Below are positions 21,516 through 32,279 of a stretch of DNA of 64,000 nt, piece after piece; positions within the stretch are counted from its first letter, which is position 1, and each line of letters opens with the position of its first letter. Under the pieces are notes generated by a model. That model was given only the letters and a program-made list of their open reading frames with translations. It was not told the DNA's origin and searched no databases. The translations under genes and the position numbers were made by a program. This stretch comes from Candidatus Rickettsia vulgarisii (lineage in GTDB: Bacteria > Pseudomonadota > Alphaproteobacteria > Rickettsiales > Rickettsiaceae). The stretch lies in NCBI GenBank assembly GCA_050920655.1, contig CP133317.1, positions 1,501,168 through 1,565,167 of the forward strand, in the 5' to 3' direction.

Positions 21516-21752
21516 ATTGCTACTTCTTATAATTTCAAAGGAATGTTATAGTGAGTGATTGCTCTAAAGCTTTATGGTTCTTTACCATGAGAGATAATGA
21601 TATTTTATATCTCTTTCCACCAATACCACCCGATCTGGTATAACATTTTTACCAGTGATAATAATGTTACTCATATAATACCATAAATTGTTAATAGAGT
21701 TAAGTTATTACTTAAGAATAAATTAATAAATAGTAATATTATTATTGGGGTT

Positions 21753-24191
21753 ATGATGACTTTATTTAATAAGAAATTGGCCCATAAATTATTGGCTTCA
21801 ACTTTATTATCAAGCTTGTTAAATATTCCTAGCTCATTTGCGGCTAAGGAGGTTGTCCTAACAGGAAACAGCAGTAGTCCAGTAGGAGTTTCTTTTAATA
21901 ACGGTGATACTATTAAATTTTACTAATCCAAATAGTCAATTCTTGGATATTACTAACGGAACTGTAATAGGAGCTGTAAATAATAATGGACAGAGTAACA
22001 CCAAGATTGATCTTAGCGGGACTCACGTTACTGTAGGTTCAATAGGTAATGGTGACTCATTGCAAATAAACATGCCTAATTCTGCTACTCTTACTTTTAT
22101 CTGGTCAAGCAGGTGTAAATGCTCCTGGAGAAAATGATTATAGCGCTTTAAATTATTATTCTAGGTGAAGGTTGTGGGGTAGATATTAACGCGCCGATTG
22201 ATTTTTCTGCACATCTTTCACAGGCTCTTTAAACTCTAGCGGTTTAGTTATCAGTAGTAATAATGTTAAATATTTAAAAGTAAATGGTTCATCAGTTAGC
22301 GAATTTGGGCAAAGAACTATTTTTTCAAATAGTTCTTTAACAGTTGGAACAGATAATATTAATTTTGGTAATGTGATTACATTAGAAGGGGAAAATGCCA
22401 CTTTAAATGTGACTGGTAATAATCAAACAATTATAGCTTCTAATATAGGATTTGACAATAATAATGAAATTATAAATGTAACAGGTAGTTTAACCATTAG
22501 AGGTCCATTTGGGCAACCTACTCCTATACCTAATATCAATGTTAATAATGGAGGTTTTCTTAGATTGCCACCTGAATTAAACATTCACTCAACAATGACA
22601 ATTAATAATGGCACTCTGATTATAGATGCCCCAATTATGTCTTTAGCACCTATCGAAAATTTAATCTTAAAGAACGCTACTATAGATCTTGGCTTAAATC
22701 AATTAAACTACAATGGTAATGCCACTACATCAGGTACAATGCAATTAGGGATACTTATGACGCAAGAACGGAACAATCAGGGAAAATTGCGGTACTTGGA
22801 GGAGGTCTAGATTTATCAACACTTGATTCATTGGTAATTAATATTGATCCTGAATCTGGCTTATATGATCTACCTAATCAAAAATATTTCTATACAATAA
22901 TTGACGCTGATGGTGGTATAGTTACCCCTGTTGATAAATCAAAAATAATATTAACAGGCGCCTCGGATGCTAACCGTTACGCTGAGTATTCTGTAGGTAA
23001 TGATTTAGTGTTGCATGTTGAAGATCGCTCTCAAGAAATATTAATAACTGATTTGGTTGATTGGACTATTGATCCTAAAATCAGCTTATTACTCAGGAGA
23101 CTACTTTTGTTCAGTTGCTTCAATTATTAAATAATGGTCAACTAAGTGACGCAATTATATTATTAAATGATCTTGGTTTATCAAATATAGAAAGAGCAAG
23201 AGAAACATTAGATAGAATCATTACAGCGGTTCCGCCAAGAGTTAATGATTATCATCAGCAAACAAGGACGACATTTCATTTAACTAATAGTGAGATTAGT
23301 AAAAGAATGACTCCTGTTTCTGCTGGTTGTGATGATTATAGTAAGTCGTATGGATTATGGGTAAGTCCAATATATAGTAGGGGTATTAAGAGAACTGAAG
23401 GTGGAGTAAGCGGTTATAGATCCAAAGCTCAAGGTATGGTGTTTTGGATAGATACCCTGATTAACGATACTTATCTGGTAGGTCTATATTATGGACAGAT
23501 TTATGATAAATTAACTTATAGGAATCTTAAATATGGAGATAATACCAAAGGTCTAACCAATATCTTCTCTCTATATGGAGCATATAATGAGCCAAGTAGT
23601 CCATGGTTTACCGAAGGGGTATTATCTTATGCTAATACTAGAATAAAGGATCGTTCTGGTCGTAGAATATATAATGGTAATATAGAAACAGCTTTAGGAA
23701 AATATAAATCAAGAGCATATAGCGGTCAGGTAATAGAAGGCTATAATTTTAACTTAGCAAATGGTTTGATGTTAAGCCCAGTAGCAGGTTTAAGATATTC
23801 ATATTTTAGAGATGCTAGCTATCAAGAGACAGGTACTAGATTCCAAAATTTATTGATGAAGGGTAAATCATACGGTAAATTTGAAGGGATATTAGGATTT
23901 AGAACTAGCGGTGGCGTTGAATTTATCAAGCTAGCCTTAATGCCAGAGCTACATGATTATTTGGATTACAATTTTACTAACAAAAGATCTCCAACAATAG
24001 CGGCGACAATACAAGGGATTAGTGCGCCATTGGCAACCAAACAATATAAAACATCAAGAGCGTTATATACAATAGGTGGTAGTTTAACAACCAAATATAG
24101 GAAGGTAGAGTTAGGCGTGGGATTTGACGCTTTCTTAGCTAAGAAATACTATGCTTATCAAGGCAGTTTAAAAGTTAGGGCGAATTTTTAG
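21753..24191 (+). pseudogene. Sca-type autotransporter: signal peptide and passenger broken by several frameshifts or stops, 358-aa beta-barrel ORF intact
   Basis: MMTLFNKKLAHKLLASTLLSSLLNIPSSFAAKE is the signal peptide, followed by a stop at about 21925. Passenger pieces lie at 21904-22137, 22373-22810 and 22831-23130. The barrel ORF 23115-24191 has YGLWVSPIYSRG...GYRSKAQG and ends ...SLKVRANF. Confidence 0.75.
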
Positions 24192-24199
24192 CTTCTCCC
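22691..24199 (+). repeat. 1509-bp segment identical to 39727-41235 (copy 1)
   Basis: The offset is 17036 throughout. The ORF translations are identical (99 aa and 358 aa), and every line I compared by eye matched. Identity starts at GGCTTAAATCAATT and ends 8 nt after the stop codon. Confidence 0.9.
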
Positions 24200-24224
24200 T
24201 TCCTTAACGCCATCCTACTTTCCA

Positions 24225-24369
24225 ATGTCATCCCCGCGTAAGCGGGGATCCAGCACTACTAGTCATCCTCCGTCAGCTTGTCTAGGATCTATTAGATGCT
24301 GAATCAAGTTCAGCATGACGTTATTGGCATTTCTGGATGGCCACGTCGCTAACGCTCCTTGCCATGACA
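24225..24369. repeat. RPE-like composite element (145 bp)
   Basis: ATGTCATCCCCGCGTAAGCGGGGATCCAG ... GCTGAATCAAGTTCAGCATGACG ... CTGGATGGCCACGTCGCTAACGCTCCTTGCCATGACA. It lies between the convergent sca and leuS genes. Confidence 0.8.
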
Positions 24370-24434
24370 GAATTCTATTGTTATTATAATATTATTATTT
24401 ATTCAAGATCTTATACGTTATTCTTTAAGTTATA

Positions 24435-26939
24435 TTATACTACGATATTAATTATCTTTTTAGGTACGATAATTATCTTTTTAGGTTCCTTATTGTCCAA
24501 ATATTTTTGAATAGATTCTAGTCCAGTAACAATATTCTTAATTTCCTCATCAGTTGAAGAAATTGGGAATTCATGAGTAGCTCTTAGTTTGCCATTTACT
24601 TGAACAGCGATAGTATAAGAATCCTCTACTAATAAATTTTCATCAAAAGAAGGCCAAGATTTCTTGTAAAGTCTTTCTTGATTGCCTAATTTTTCCCATA
24701 TTTCTTCTGTAATATGAGGAATAAAAGGATTAAGTAGTTGAACTAGAACATAAAAACTATCTCGAGCAGCATGAAAATCAGGAGTTTGTTGAGCCAGCTC
24801 ATCTGATAAAGCGTTAAATAATTCTCTCATTTTTGCGATAGCTTTATTGAGCTTAAAGAATTTAAGCTCTTCAGTAACATGTTTAATAGTATGATGAGTA
24901 AATCTTACTAATTTTGTAGCTTGGCTGTTAGTGCTATTAGAATTGTTGATTAATATATCTGCCATAGAAGATAATCTATTAATAAATCTAGAACATCCTT
25001 CAAGTCCAGCAGCTGACCATTCAAAATCTTTTTCTGGTGGGCTATCTGATAAAACGAATAATCTAATAGAGTCAGAAGAATGGTGAGCTAATATCGATTC
25101 CAAATCTACGACATTCTTTTTAGATTTACTCATTTTCTCCATGCGTCCTACAAAGATCTCTTGGCCAGTTGCCTTGCTTACCCATTTATCAGATTGTTTT
25201 TCTACTTCATCAGGGTGAAGCCAATTATTATTTTGGTCTTTAAAAGTAGAATGCAATACCATTCCTTGAGTTAGTAAATTCTTGAATGGTTCACGAACGG
25301 ATAAATAACCTTGCTCATTCATTACTTTAGTAAAAAATCTGGCATAAAGAAGATGCATTACAGCATGTTCAATACCTCCAATATATTGATCAACAGGCAA
25401 CCAATAATCACAGGCGTTTTTATTCACCATATCTTTTGCTTGCGCGTCACAGTAACGAGTGAAATACCAAGAAGATTCAAAAAATGTATCAAATGTGTCA
25501 GTTTCACGGGTTGCTGGTTTCTGGCATTTTGGGCAAGAAGTATGTTTCCAGTTTGGATGGGAATCTAAAGGATTTCCGTGTCCATCAAATTTAACGTCTT
25601 CTGGTAAGGTAGCAGGTAAATCTTTTTCTGGAACAGGTAGTATCCCGCAACTATCGCAATATATTATCGGAATAGGGCACCCCCAGAACCTTTGTCTGGA
25701 TACTCCCCAATCTTTTAATCGGTAGTTAATAGTACGTTTACCAATAGCAAGTTTTTCAAACTTTTCTATAACTCTTTCTTTTGCTTCTTGAACTGTTAGT
25801 CCATTTAAGAAATCAGAATTTACTATTATCCCATCGCCAGTATAAGCTGCTGATGATAAATCTATATTAGCAGCTTCTACTACTTGTTTTATAGGCAATC
25901 CTAGTTTCTTAGCTAATTCATAATCTCTTTCATCATGAGCTGGGCAACCAAAGATAGCGCCTGTGCCGTAATCCATTAAAACAAAATTAGTTATAATAAC
26001 TGGTAAAGTAATATTTGGATTAAATGGGTGAATAACAGATAGGTTAGTAAAGACACCATCTTTCTCCGCTTTTTCCACGGCGGCTGTGCTATGTAAATGT
26101 GAGCATTGCTTAATAAATGAGGAAACTTTATCATCAATATTTACTAATTGCTCAATGATAAGGTGGTTATAGGCTATTGCTACAAAACCAGCACCGAAAA
26201 TAGTCTCGGGTCTAGTAGAAAATACCTCTACTTGCTGATTATGACCTCTTATCTTAAAAGTAAAATTTGCGCCTAAGGATTTACCTATCCATTTTTCCTG
26301 CATTGATCTTACAGAATCTGGCCAGCCAGTTAGTTTAGGTATTTCATTTAATAATTCTTCAGCGTAATTAGTAATTCTTAAAAACCATTGCTTTAAATGT
26401 CTCTTTTCAACTAAAGCTCCTGAGCGCCAACCACGTCCATCAACAACTTGTTCGTTAGCAAGAACTGTATTATCAACAGGATCCCAATTAACTAAAGATT
26501 CTTTTTGATAGGCTAAATTTCTTGCGTAAAGTTCTAAAAAGAATTTTTGTTCATGCTTATAATAATCAGGATCGCAAGTAGTTATTTCCTTAGACCAATC
26601 ATATGAAAAGCCAATAGATTTTAATTGGTCTCTCATAGTCTTGATATTGTCATAAGTCCATTTTGCAGGATGGGAATTATTATTAATAGCGGCATTTTCT
26701 GCAGGCAATCCAAAAGCGTCCCAACCCATAGGATGTAATACATTGTAGCCTTGAGATGTCATAAATCTAGCTAGGCAATCTCCAATAGAATAATTACGCA
26801 AATGTCCGACATGAATTTTCCCTGAAGGGTAAGGTAACATTTCAAGTACATAATATTTGGGTTTTTTACTGTTGTCGGTAGTTACAAAAGCTTGTTCTTC
26901 TTCCCAAATCTTTTGCCATTTTTTTTCTATGTTTATCAT
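24435..26939 (-). CDS. leuS: Leucine--tRNA ligase
   Basis: 834 aa with HVGHLRNY (HIGH) and KMSKSKKN (KMSKS). An internal T8 run (26919-26926) remains in frame. Confidence 0.97.
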   Translation of the reverse strand: MINIEKKWQKIWEEEQAFVTTDNSKKPKYYVLEMLPYPSGKIHVGHLRNYSIGDCLARFMTSQGYNVLHPMGWDAFGLPAENAAINNNSHPAKWTYDNIKTMRDQLKSIGFSYDWSKEITTCDPDYYKHEQKFFLELYARNLAYQKESLVNWDPVDNTVLANEQVVDGRGWRSGALVEKRHLKQWFLRITNYAEELLNEIPKLTGWPDSVRSMQEKWIGKSLGANFTFKIRGHNQQVEVFSTRPETIFGAGFVAIAYNHLIIEQLVNIDDKVSSFIKQCSHLHSTAAVEKAEKDGVFTNLSVIHPFNPNITLPVIITNFVLMDYGTGAIFGCPAHDERDYELAKKLGLPIKQVVEAANIDLSSAAYTGDGIIVNSDFLNGLTVQEAKERVIEKFEKLAIGKRTINYRLKDWGVSRQRFWGCPIPIIYCDSCGILPVPEKDLPATLPEDVKFDGHGNPLDSHPNWKHTSCPKCQKPATRETDTFDTFFESSWYFTRYCDAQAKDMVNKNACDYWLPVDQYIGGIEHAVMHLLYARFFTKVMNEQGYLSVREPFKNLLTQGMVLHSTFKDQNNNWLHPDEVEKQSDKWVSKATGQEIFVGRMEKMSKSKKNVVDLESILAHHSSDSIRLFVLSDSPPEKDFEWSAAGLEGCSRFINRLSSMADILINNSNSTNSQATKLVRFTHHTIKHVTEELKFFKLNKAIAKMRELFNALSDELAQQTPDFHAARDSFYVLVQLLNPFIPHITEEIWEKLGNQERLYKKSWPSFDENLLVEDSYTIAVQVNGKLRATHEFPISSTDEEIKNIVTGLESIQKYLDNKEPKKIIIVPKKIINIVV

Positions 26940-27034
26940 ATTTTTATATTATGTAATTAAGGTGTGTTTTTAGATATCTATTTAAAAATGCTAGAATTTC
27001 AATAAGTTACGGTTATATCTTAATAATTTTTTTA

Positions 27035-27100
27035 CACTTTGGCTCCTAAAGCATATTGCTATGCACCCTACAAAGCGAAATTTTGTTGATTTTTGATACC
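27035..27100. repeat. Copy of the unnamed ~66-bp repeat family (see 15189-15255)
   Basis: CACTTTGGCTCCTAAAGCATATTGC...GAAATTTTGTTGATTTTTGATACC is about 70 percent identical to the reverse complement of 15189-15255. Confidence 0.5.
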
Positions 27101-27111
27101 ATTTTTATACA

Positions 27112-27149
27112 ATCGATGTCATTCTAGCTACAGCAGGGATGGCATCGAT
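27112..27149. repeat. Short RPE-arm-like hairpin
   Basis: ATCGATGTCATTCTAGCTACAGCAGGGATGGCATCGAT is an imperfect palindrome. It shares the GTCATTCTAGCTAC motif with the arms at 55195 and 63270. Confidence 0.5.
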
Positions 27150-27162
27150 TTATAAATATACC

Positions 27163-27678
27163 CTATTTCTCTTTAGAACTAATATGTAATTCTCTAGCTT
27201 TTCTTAAGATGGTATCTTCAATAATAATAGCTAGATTATTTGAATTATAATTATCTATCCAAGTATTATTTTTTAGTGTTTGTTCAAATACTCTTACTTG
27301 AATTGCATCAGGGCTGATAACATTATCTTTAATGATAATATTAACTTTAAATCTAAAATTTGGTTTATCTTTTGGGCTATACCATTCAGTTACAATAACA
27401 CCACCATTTGAATCAGCTGAAGCGAGAGGAATAGAGCTTAAGCTATTTATAGAAGCCTGCCATAAATATTTATTGATATGACTAAGTCCTGTTTTAGTGG
27501 ATTTGTTTTTTACTTTGCCTGGTCTAAATACTATTCCTTCTCCACCAAGAATAGAACCCATATCTTCCATTTCTTTTTCATGGATTGTTTGAGGGTAATC
27601 ACTAGCTACAGCCGTAGCGCCGCTATAAAATAGTAATGGAGTGATTATTCTGATTGCATATTTTAAGTATTTTTTCAT
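27163..27678 (-). CDS. DUF3576-type periplasmic/lipoprotein
   Basis: 171 aa with a signal peptide. NKYLWQASINSLSSIPLASADSNGGVIVTEWYSP...FRFKVNIII matches my recollection of the alphaproteobacterial DUF3576 core. Confidence 0.6.
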   Translation of the reverse strand: MKKYLKYAIRIITPLLFYSGATAVASDYPQTIHEKEMEDMGSILGGEGIVFRPGKVKNKSTKTGLSHINKYLWQASINSLSSIPLASADSNGGVIVTEWYSPKDKPNFRFKVNIIIKDNVISPDAIQVRVFEQTLKNNTWIDNYNSNNLAIIIEDTILRKARELHISSKEK

Positions 27679-27777
27679 AGATTTTTTTATTAATTAGTTT
27701 ATGTTGATGGTGTCATTTTCCATATTGCTGCATGGATCAAAAAAGAACGATAATATTTCATTTGGGAGGCAAAATTG

Positions 27778-28145
27778 ATGTCATTCCCGCGAAGGCGGGA
27801 ATCCAGAGTATATAATATTTTCATATAAGTCTAGCCAATTTGGATTTCACTTTTCTATTAAACGCAATTTCCAAGATCTATTCCATTTTTTAATAGATTT
27901 CTCCCTATATATATCCTCTTTAACATTATAAAATTCCTCTGTATATATGAGTAGTAGAACACTATATTTTTTTGTAAACCGCGCCATTAGCTTTTCTTTA
28001 TGTTAATAAATACGACGTTCTAAATTATTAGTAATACCTACATAAAGAGTACCATTCCTTTCAGATGCTAATATATAAACCCAATAAGAATTCATATCAA
28101 TAATATTTTACATTTTCTGGATTCCCGCCTACGCGGGAATGACAT
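27778..28145 (-). mobile_element. 368-bp element: RPE-type 29-nt terminal inverted repeats enclosing a GIY-YIG nuclease gene
   Basis: ATGTCATTCCCGCGAAGGCGGGAATCCAG (27778-27806) pairs with CTGGATTCCCGCCTACGCGGGAATGACAT (28117-28145), 28 of 29 complementary. The same 29-mer starts the 114-bp element at 58078. Confidence 0.6.
27847..28095 (-). pseudogene. GIY-YIG nuclease family (UPF0213/YhbQ-like) gene with a single in-frame TAA
   Basis: It translates to MNSYWVYILASERNGTLYVGITNNLERRIY(stop)HKEKLMARFTKKYSVLLLIYTEEFYNVKEDIYREKSIKKWNRSWKLRLIEK. The TAA at 28003-28005 sits where this family usually has Glu (YEHK). Confidence 0.8.
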
Positions 28146-28192
28146 AGGAATATAGGATGGCATAAGAATATAGAAATGACACAGATTTTATA

Positions 28193-28831
28193 CTACAACG
28201 CAACAGTAAATTCTGCTTCAGTTTTTGCTTTAATTTCTTCTATACCTACATCATCAGCTTTTTTAATTAGTACCATAGAGTCTCTAGTAATATCAAATAT
28301 TCCAAGATCAGTAATTACTCTGTTAACTACATTAACGCCTGTTAGAGGTAAAGTGCATTTTTTCAATAATTTGCTACTACTATCCTTAGCAACATGTTCC
28401 ATTAGTACGACTATTCTTTTAACGTTTGCTACCAAATCCATAGCTCCGCCCATGCCTTTTACCATTTTTCCGGGTATAGTCCAGTTAGCTAGATCACCAT
28501 TACTTGCTACTTGCATAGCTCCAAGAATAGTTAAATCTATATGAGATCCTCTAATCATAGCGAAAGATACCGCACTATCAAAGTAACTGCTTTCAGGAAT
28601 AGAAGTTATAGTTTCCTTCCCAGCGTTAATTAAATCTGGATCTTCTTCTCCTTCGAAAGGAAATGGTCCCATACCTAACATGCCATTTTCACTTTGCAGG
28701 ATAATATTCATATCAGGTGTAATATAATTTGCTACTAAAGTAGGTATACCAATACCAAGATTAACGTATAAACCTTCTTTCAGTTCTAATTGTGCCGCTA
28801 TTTGACACATTTGCTCTTTAGTCCATCCCAT
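28193..28831 (-). CDS. scoB: Succinyl-CoA:3-ketoacid CoA-transferase subunit B
   Basis: 212 aa with the active-site region LQSENGMLGMGP. Confidence 0.9.
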   Translation of the reverse strand: MGWTKEQMCQIAAQLELKEGLYVNLGIGIPTLVANYITPDMNIILQSENGMLGMGPFPFEGEEDPDLINAGKETITSIPESSYFDSAVSFAMIRGSHIDLTILGAMQVASNGDLANWTIPGKMVKGMGGAMDLVANVKRIVVLMEHVAKDSSSKLLKKCTLPLTGVNVVNRVITDLGIFDITRDSMVLIKKADDVGIEEIKAKTEAEFTVAL

Positions 28832-28834
28832 TTT

Positions 28835-29533
28835 TTATCTCTTTCTGGTTGTTCTACGTTCTATCCGTTTTTCATGATTTTCTCCTACTACTAGCCTATT
28901 TATGAAAATACTAGGAGTATGAATATTATTAGGGTCAAGCATACCAGTTTCTACTATTTCTTCTACTTCGCAAACAGTAGTGTGCGCGGCAGTTGCCATT
29001 ACTGGGTTAAAATTTCTAGCTGTTTTATTATAAATAACATTGCCGCTCTTGTCAGCTTTCCAACCTTTAATAATTGCTAGATCAGCGAAGAGAGACGTTT
29101 CCATTAAATATTTCTGGCCATTAAATTCACGTACTTCTTTGCCTTTTTCTACTATTGTACCAACGCCTGTACGGGTGTAGAAGGCTGGGATTCCAGCTCC
29201 ACCGGCTCTAATTCTTTCGGCTAAAGTTCCTTGAGGATTTAATTCAACTTTCAATGAACCATCTATATATTGTTGTTCAAAAATTTTATTTTCTCCTACA
29301 TAAGAAGAAATCATTTTTTTAATTTGTTTAGTTTTAAGTAATATGCCAAGACCAAAATCATCAACACCGCAATTATTGCTGATTATTGTTAAATCCTTAA
29401 CTTGTGATTTCAGGATAGCAACTATTAGATTTTCTGGTATACCGCATAGACCAAAGCCCCCAGCCATAATAGTCATGCCATCGCGAAGCAAGCCATCAAG
29501 AGCTTGTTCAGAGGAAGAATATATTTTACTCAT
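28835..29533 (-). CDS. scoA: Succinyl-CoA:3-ketoacid CoA-transferase subunit A
   Basis: 232 aa with [18 protein letters not shown]... and typical subunit A layout, immediately upstream of scoB. Confidence 0.9.
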   Translation of the reverse strand: MSKIYSSSEQALDGLLRDGMTIMAGGFGLCGIPENLIVAILKSQVKDLTIISNNCGVDDFGLGILLKTKQIKKMISSYVGENKIFEQQYIDGSLKVELNPQGTLAERIRAGGAGIPAFYTRTGVGTIVEKGKEVREFNGQKYLMETSLFADLAIIKGWKADKSGNVIYNKTARNFNPVMATAAHTTVCEVEEIVETGMLDPNNIHTPSIFINRLVVGENHEKRIERRTTRKR

Positions 29534-29632
29534 ATTGCTTAAATAATATGTTTTAATAACATTATATAGATGAATTTAATGATGTGAAGAGTAATTTATA
29601 GCAATTAGCACTATTGCTTTAAAATGCTTGAA

Positions 29633-29673
29633 AAGAGATAGTGACGTTATTATTAGAGGTATCACTATCTCTT
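29633..29673 (-). terminator. Hairpin downstream of mraY (candidate terminator)
   Basis: A 12-bp perfect stem AAGAGATAGTGA / TCACTATCTCTT with a 17-nt loop. The T-tract on the minus strand is weak (TTTCAAGCATTTT). Confidence 0.4.
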
Positions 29674-29696
29674 AGGTATAGGAATTAAGTAAATTA

Positions 29697-30782
29697 CTAT
29701 CTCAATTTTAAGAAAGATAAGCCAATTAAAGCAAATATTATGGCAATAATCCAAAAACGTATTACTACTTTTGACTCAGACCAACCGCATTTCTCAAAAT
29801 GATGGTGAAGAGGAGCCATTTTAAATATCCTCTTTCCTCCTGTAGTTTTAAAATAATATACTTGAATAATAACTGACAAAGTTTCAATAACAAATAACCC
29901 ACCGATAATTGCAAGAACGATTTCATGCTTAGCAATAACGCTAACGGCTCCTAGCGCACCACCTAAGCTTAAACTACCGGTATCACCCATAAAAATTTCA
30001 GCTGGTTGGGCGTTAAACCATAAAAAACCTAAACTAGCTCCAACAATTGCAGCGCAAAAAATTGATAATTCAGAAATATTGGATACATGAATTATTTGCA
30101 AATAATTTGCGTAAAAACTATTACCTACCAAATATATAATCAGAGTAAAAGAAGCGGCTGTAATGGCTATTGGCACTATAGCAAGACCATCAAGACCATC
30201 TGTTAAATTAACAGCATTAGAAGCGCCAACTATTACGAACATAGAGAACGGTATATAAAATAATCCTAAATTAATTACTAGATTCTTAAAAAATGGTATA
30301 CTAAGTACATTACCATTATTTTCATTCAAGCTATTCAATAATAAACAAGCAACTAGACAAATAGAAAACTGCAGCAATAGCTTCATTCTCCCACTAATTC
30401 CGCCATGATGATTTTTTCTGATTTTAGCATAATCATCTAAGAAACCAATTATTCCAAAACCGATAAAGACAAAGAGTACTATCCATATATATTTATTGGT
30501 AAGATCAGTGAATAATAGAGTTGAGCAACAAACGGAAAGAATTATCATTATTCCACCCATAGTAGGAGTTCCAATCTTCAATTTATGGGTTTCTGGTCCA
30601 TCATCACGAATTGGCTGGCCATATTTTTGTAGATTTTGTAAAAATCTAATAATTTTTGGTCCTATTAGAAAAGAAATAATCAAGCTAAATAATATAGCAA
30701 GCACCATTCTGAAGGTAATATAATGCAGTAAATTAGCAATATGCCATGTGTGTATATAAGGAAAAAGAAGATTATATATCAT
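29697..30782 (-). CDS. mraY: Phospho-N-acetylmuramoyl-pentapeptide transferase
   Basis: 361-aa polytopic protein with [13 protein letters not shown] and [11 protein letters not shown]. Confidence 0.95.
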   Translation of the reverse strand: MIYNLLFPYIHTWHIANLLHYITFRMVLAILFSLIISFLIGPKIIRFLQNLQKYGQPIRDDGPETHKLKIGTPTMGGIMIILSVCCSTLLFTDLTNKYIWIVLFVFIGFGIIGFLDDYAKIRKNHHGGISGRMKLLLQFSICLVACLLLNSLNENNGNVLSIPFFKNLVINLGLFYIPFSMFVIVGASNAVNLTDGLDGLAIVPIAITAASFTLIIYLVGNSFYANYLQIIHVSNISELSIFCAAIVGASLGFLWFNAQPAEIFMGDTGSLSLGGALGAVSVIAKHEIVLAIIGGLFVIETLSVIIQVYYFKTTGGKRIFKMAPLHHHFEKCGWSESKVVIRFWIIAIIFALIGLSFLKLR

Positions 30783-32143
30783 TACAATACCTTAAATTTT
30801 TGAATAATTTTATTAAGCTTAATACCTCTTGAACCTTTTATTAAAATCAATTCATCACTCCCTAATAATTCTCCTAATTCCTCTATCAATAAATCTACAT
30901 TTATAAAATGTTTCTTTTCAATTTCATTTGGCAATAATTCGTAAATATGTTTAACATTATTTCCTACTAAAAATACTTTGCTAGCGCCTGATTCAATAAT
31001 TGAAGGTACTAAAGATTTATGTAATTCTGGCGAATCTACTCCTAACTCTAACATATCACCTATTATTGCCACTTTCTTCTTAGCGCTAAGCTGTTTTAAA
31101 CACGACAAAGAAGCCTTTAATGATTCAGGATTAGCATTATAGTAATCGCAAATAATCCGAAAATTTAGACCATTATATTCAGCGCCAACTATCTTTCCTC
31201 GCCCTTCAGTTAACGATATCTTACTTAAATCAACCTGCTTAATATCTAATTTAAGAACAGATGCCACTGCAAGAGCCGCAGCATAATTTATAGCGTTATG
31301 CTCTGGTATAAACGGTATAGTAATATATAAAATATTCCCTTGTAATGAATATTTTAAATGTGCTTCGTCTCCAGTTTGCTCATACAGAGCTAACTGCGAA
31401 TCAGCGTCTTTAGATTTGCCAAAAGTAATAATATTATTTATGGATGACTTCTTGATATTTTGTAAAACACGAGGATAATATTGATTATCAATATTGATAA
31501 TTGCTGTACCAGCTTTCGGCATAGATTCAAAAATTTCACATTTAGCGTCTGCAATATCTGATACGGATTTAAAAAATTCAAGATGAGCTGCTGAGATTGT
31601 AGTAATAATTGATATATCTGGTTTAACCATTTTTGTTAGCTCCCTAATTTCTCCGGAAGCGTTCATTCCCATTTCAAATACGGCATATTCTATATCATCT
31701 GGCTGCGAAGCAAGATTGATTGGCACTCCTAAATTATTATTAAAATTTTCTCTGCTAGCAAAAGTTTTGCCAAAAGAACTTAATATAATCTTTAAAGCTT
31801 CTTTGGTACTAGTTTTACCACTACTACCGGTAACTCCAATAAAAATTGCTTTTGATTTTGTTCGCTTATACTCAGCCATTTGTTTTAAAGCTACTAATGT
31901 ATCAGGAACTAAAATAGCTTTATCTGCTTCTATCCCCTCTATCTTATGACTAATAATTACAGCGCTTGCTCCTCTATTTAAAGCATCTTTAGAGTAATCA
32001 TGGCCATCTTTATTACCTTTAAGGGCAATAAATAAATCTCCTTTTTCTACTGAGGTAGAATTAAATTGAACCTGTTCTCCACAAATATTTGAATTAATAT
32101 CTATTTTTAGCGCTAATTTTAAGTCTTCTGTAGACCAGATCAT
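30782..32143 (-). CDS. murF: UDP-N-acetylmuramoyl-tripeptide--D-alanyl-D-alanine ligase
   Basis: 453 aa with the [14 protein letters not shown]-loop and Mur ligase layout. It abuts mraY. Confidence 0.9.
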   Translation of the reverse strand: MIWSTEDLKLALKIDINSNICGEQVQFNSTSVEKGDLFIALKGNKDGHDYSKDALNRGASAVIISHKIEGIEADKAILVPDTLVALKQMAEYKRTKSKAIFIGVTGSSGKTSTKEALKIILSSFGKTFASRENFNNNLGVPINLASQPDDIEYAVFEMGMNASGEIRELTKMVKPDISIITTISAAHLEFFKSVSDIADAKCEIFESMPKAGTAIINIDNQYYPRVLQNIKKSSINNIITFGKSKDADSQLALYEQTGDEAHLKYSLQGNILYITIPFIPEHNAINYAAALAVASVLKLDIKQVDLSKISLTEGRGKIVGAEYNGLNFRIICDYYNANPESLKASLSCLKQLSAKKKVAIIGDMLELGVDSPELHKSLVPSIIESGASKVFLVGNNVKHIYELLPNEIEKKHFINVDLLIEELGELLGSDELILIKGSRGIKLNKIIQKFKVL

Positions 32144-32279
32144 TTATTATATTCCGTATTTTAAAAACTATTTTATCTAGATAAGATCCTTATTATTCTA
32201 AAATATATTGATTATTAATATCTGTGAAGGAATTTTTCATATAAAGCTATAAATAACGCCATTAGATGTTTTTTCACGC

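Noticed and set aside
21540-21675. Short minus-strand remnant MSNIIITGKNV... / ...SGGIGGK... possibly from a short-chain dehydrogenase
   Set aside because: Only a roughly 40-codon, frame-broken trace of a TGxxxGIG-like motif remains, which is too little to call.
25311-25725. Two plus-strand ORFs (85 and 88 aa) inside leuS
   Set aside because: They are antisense to a clearly intact 834-aa leuS and have low-complexity translations with no motifs. These are typical shadow ORFs.
28003-28005. In-frame TAA codons (here and at 14723-14725) as possible stop-codon recoding or read-through
   Set aside because: TAA is the normal terminator of most intact genes in the window (rpsD, groEL, alaS and others). 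Ordinary nonsense mutations are the simpler explanation.
28176-28544. 122-aa plus-strand ORF overlapping scoB
   Set aside because: It is antisense to scoB, which carries the SENG active-site motif. It is a shadow ORF.
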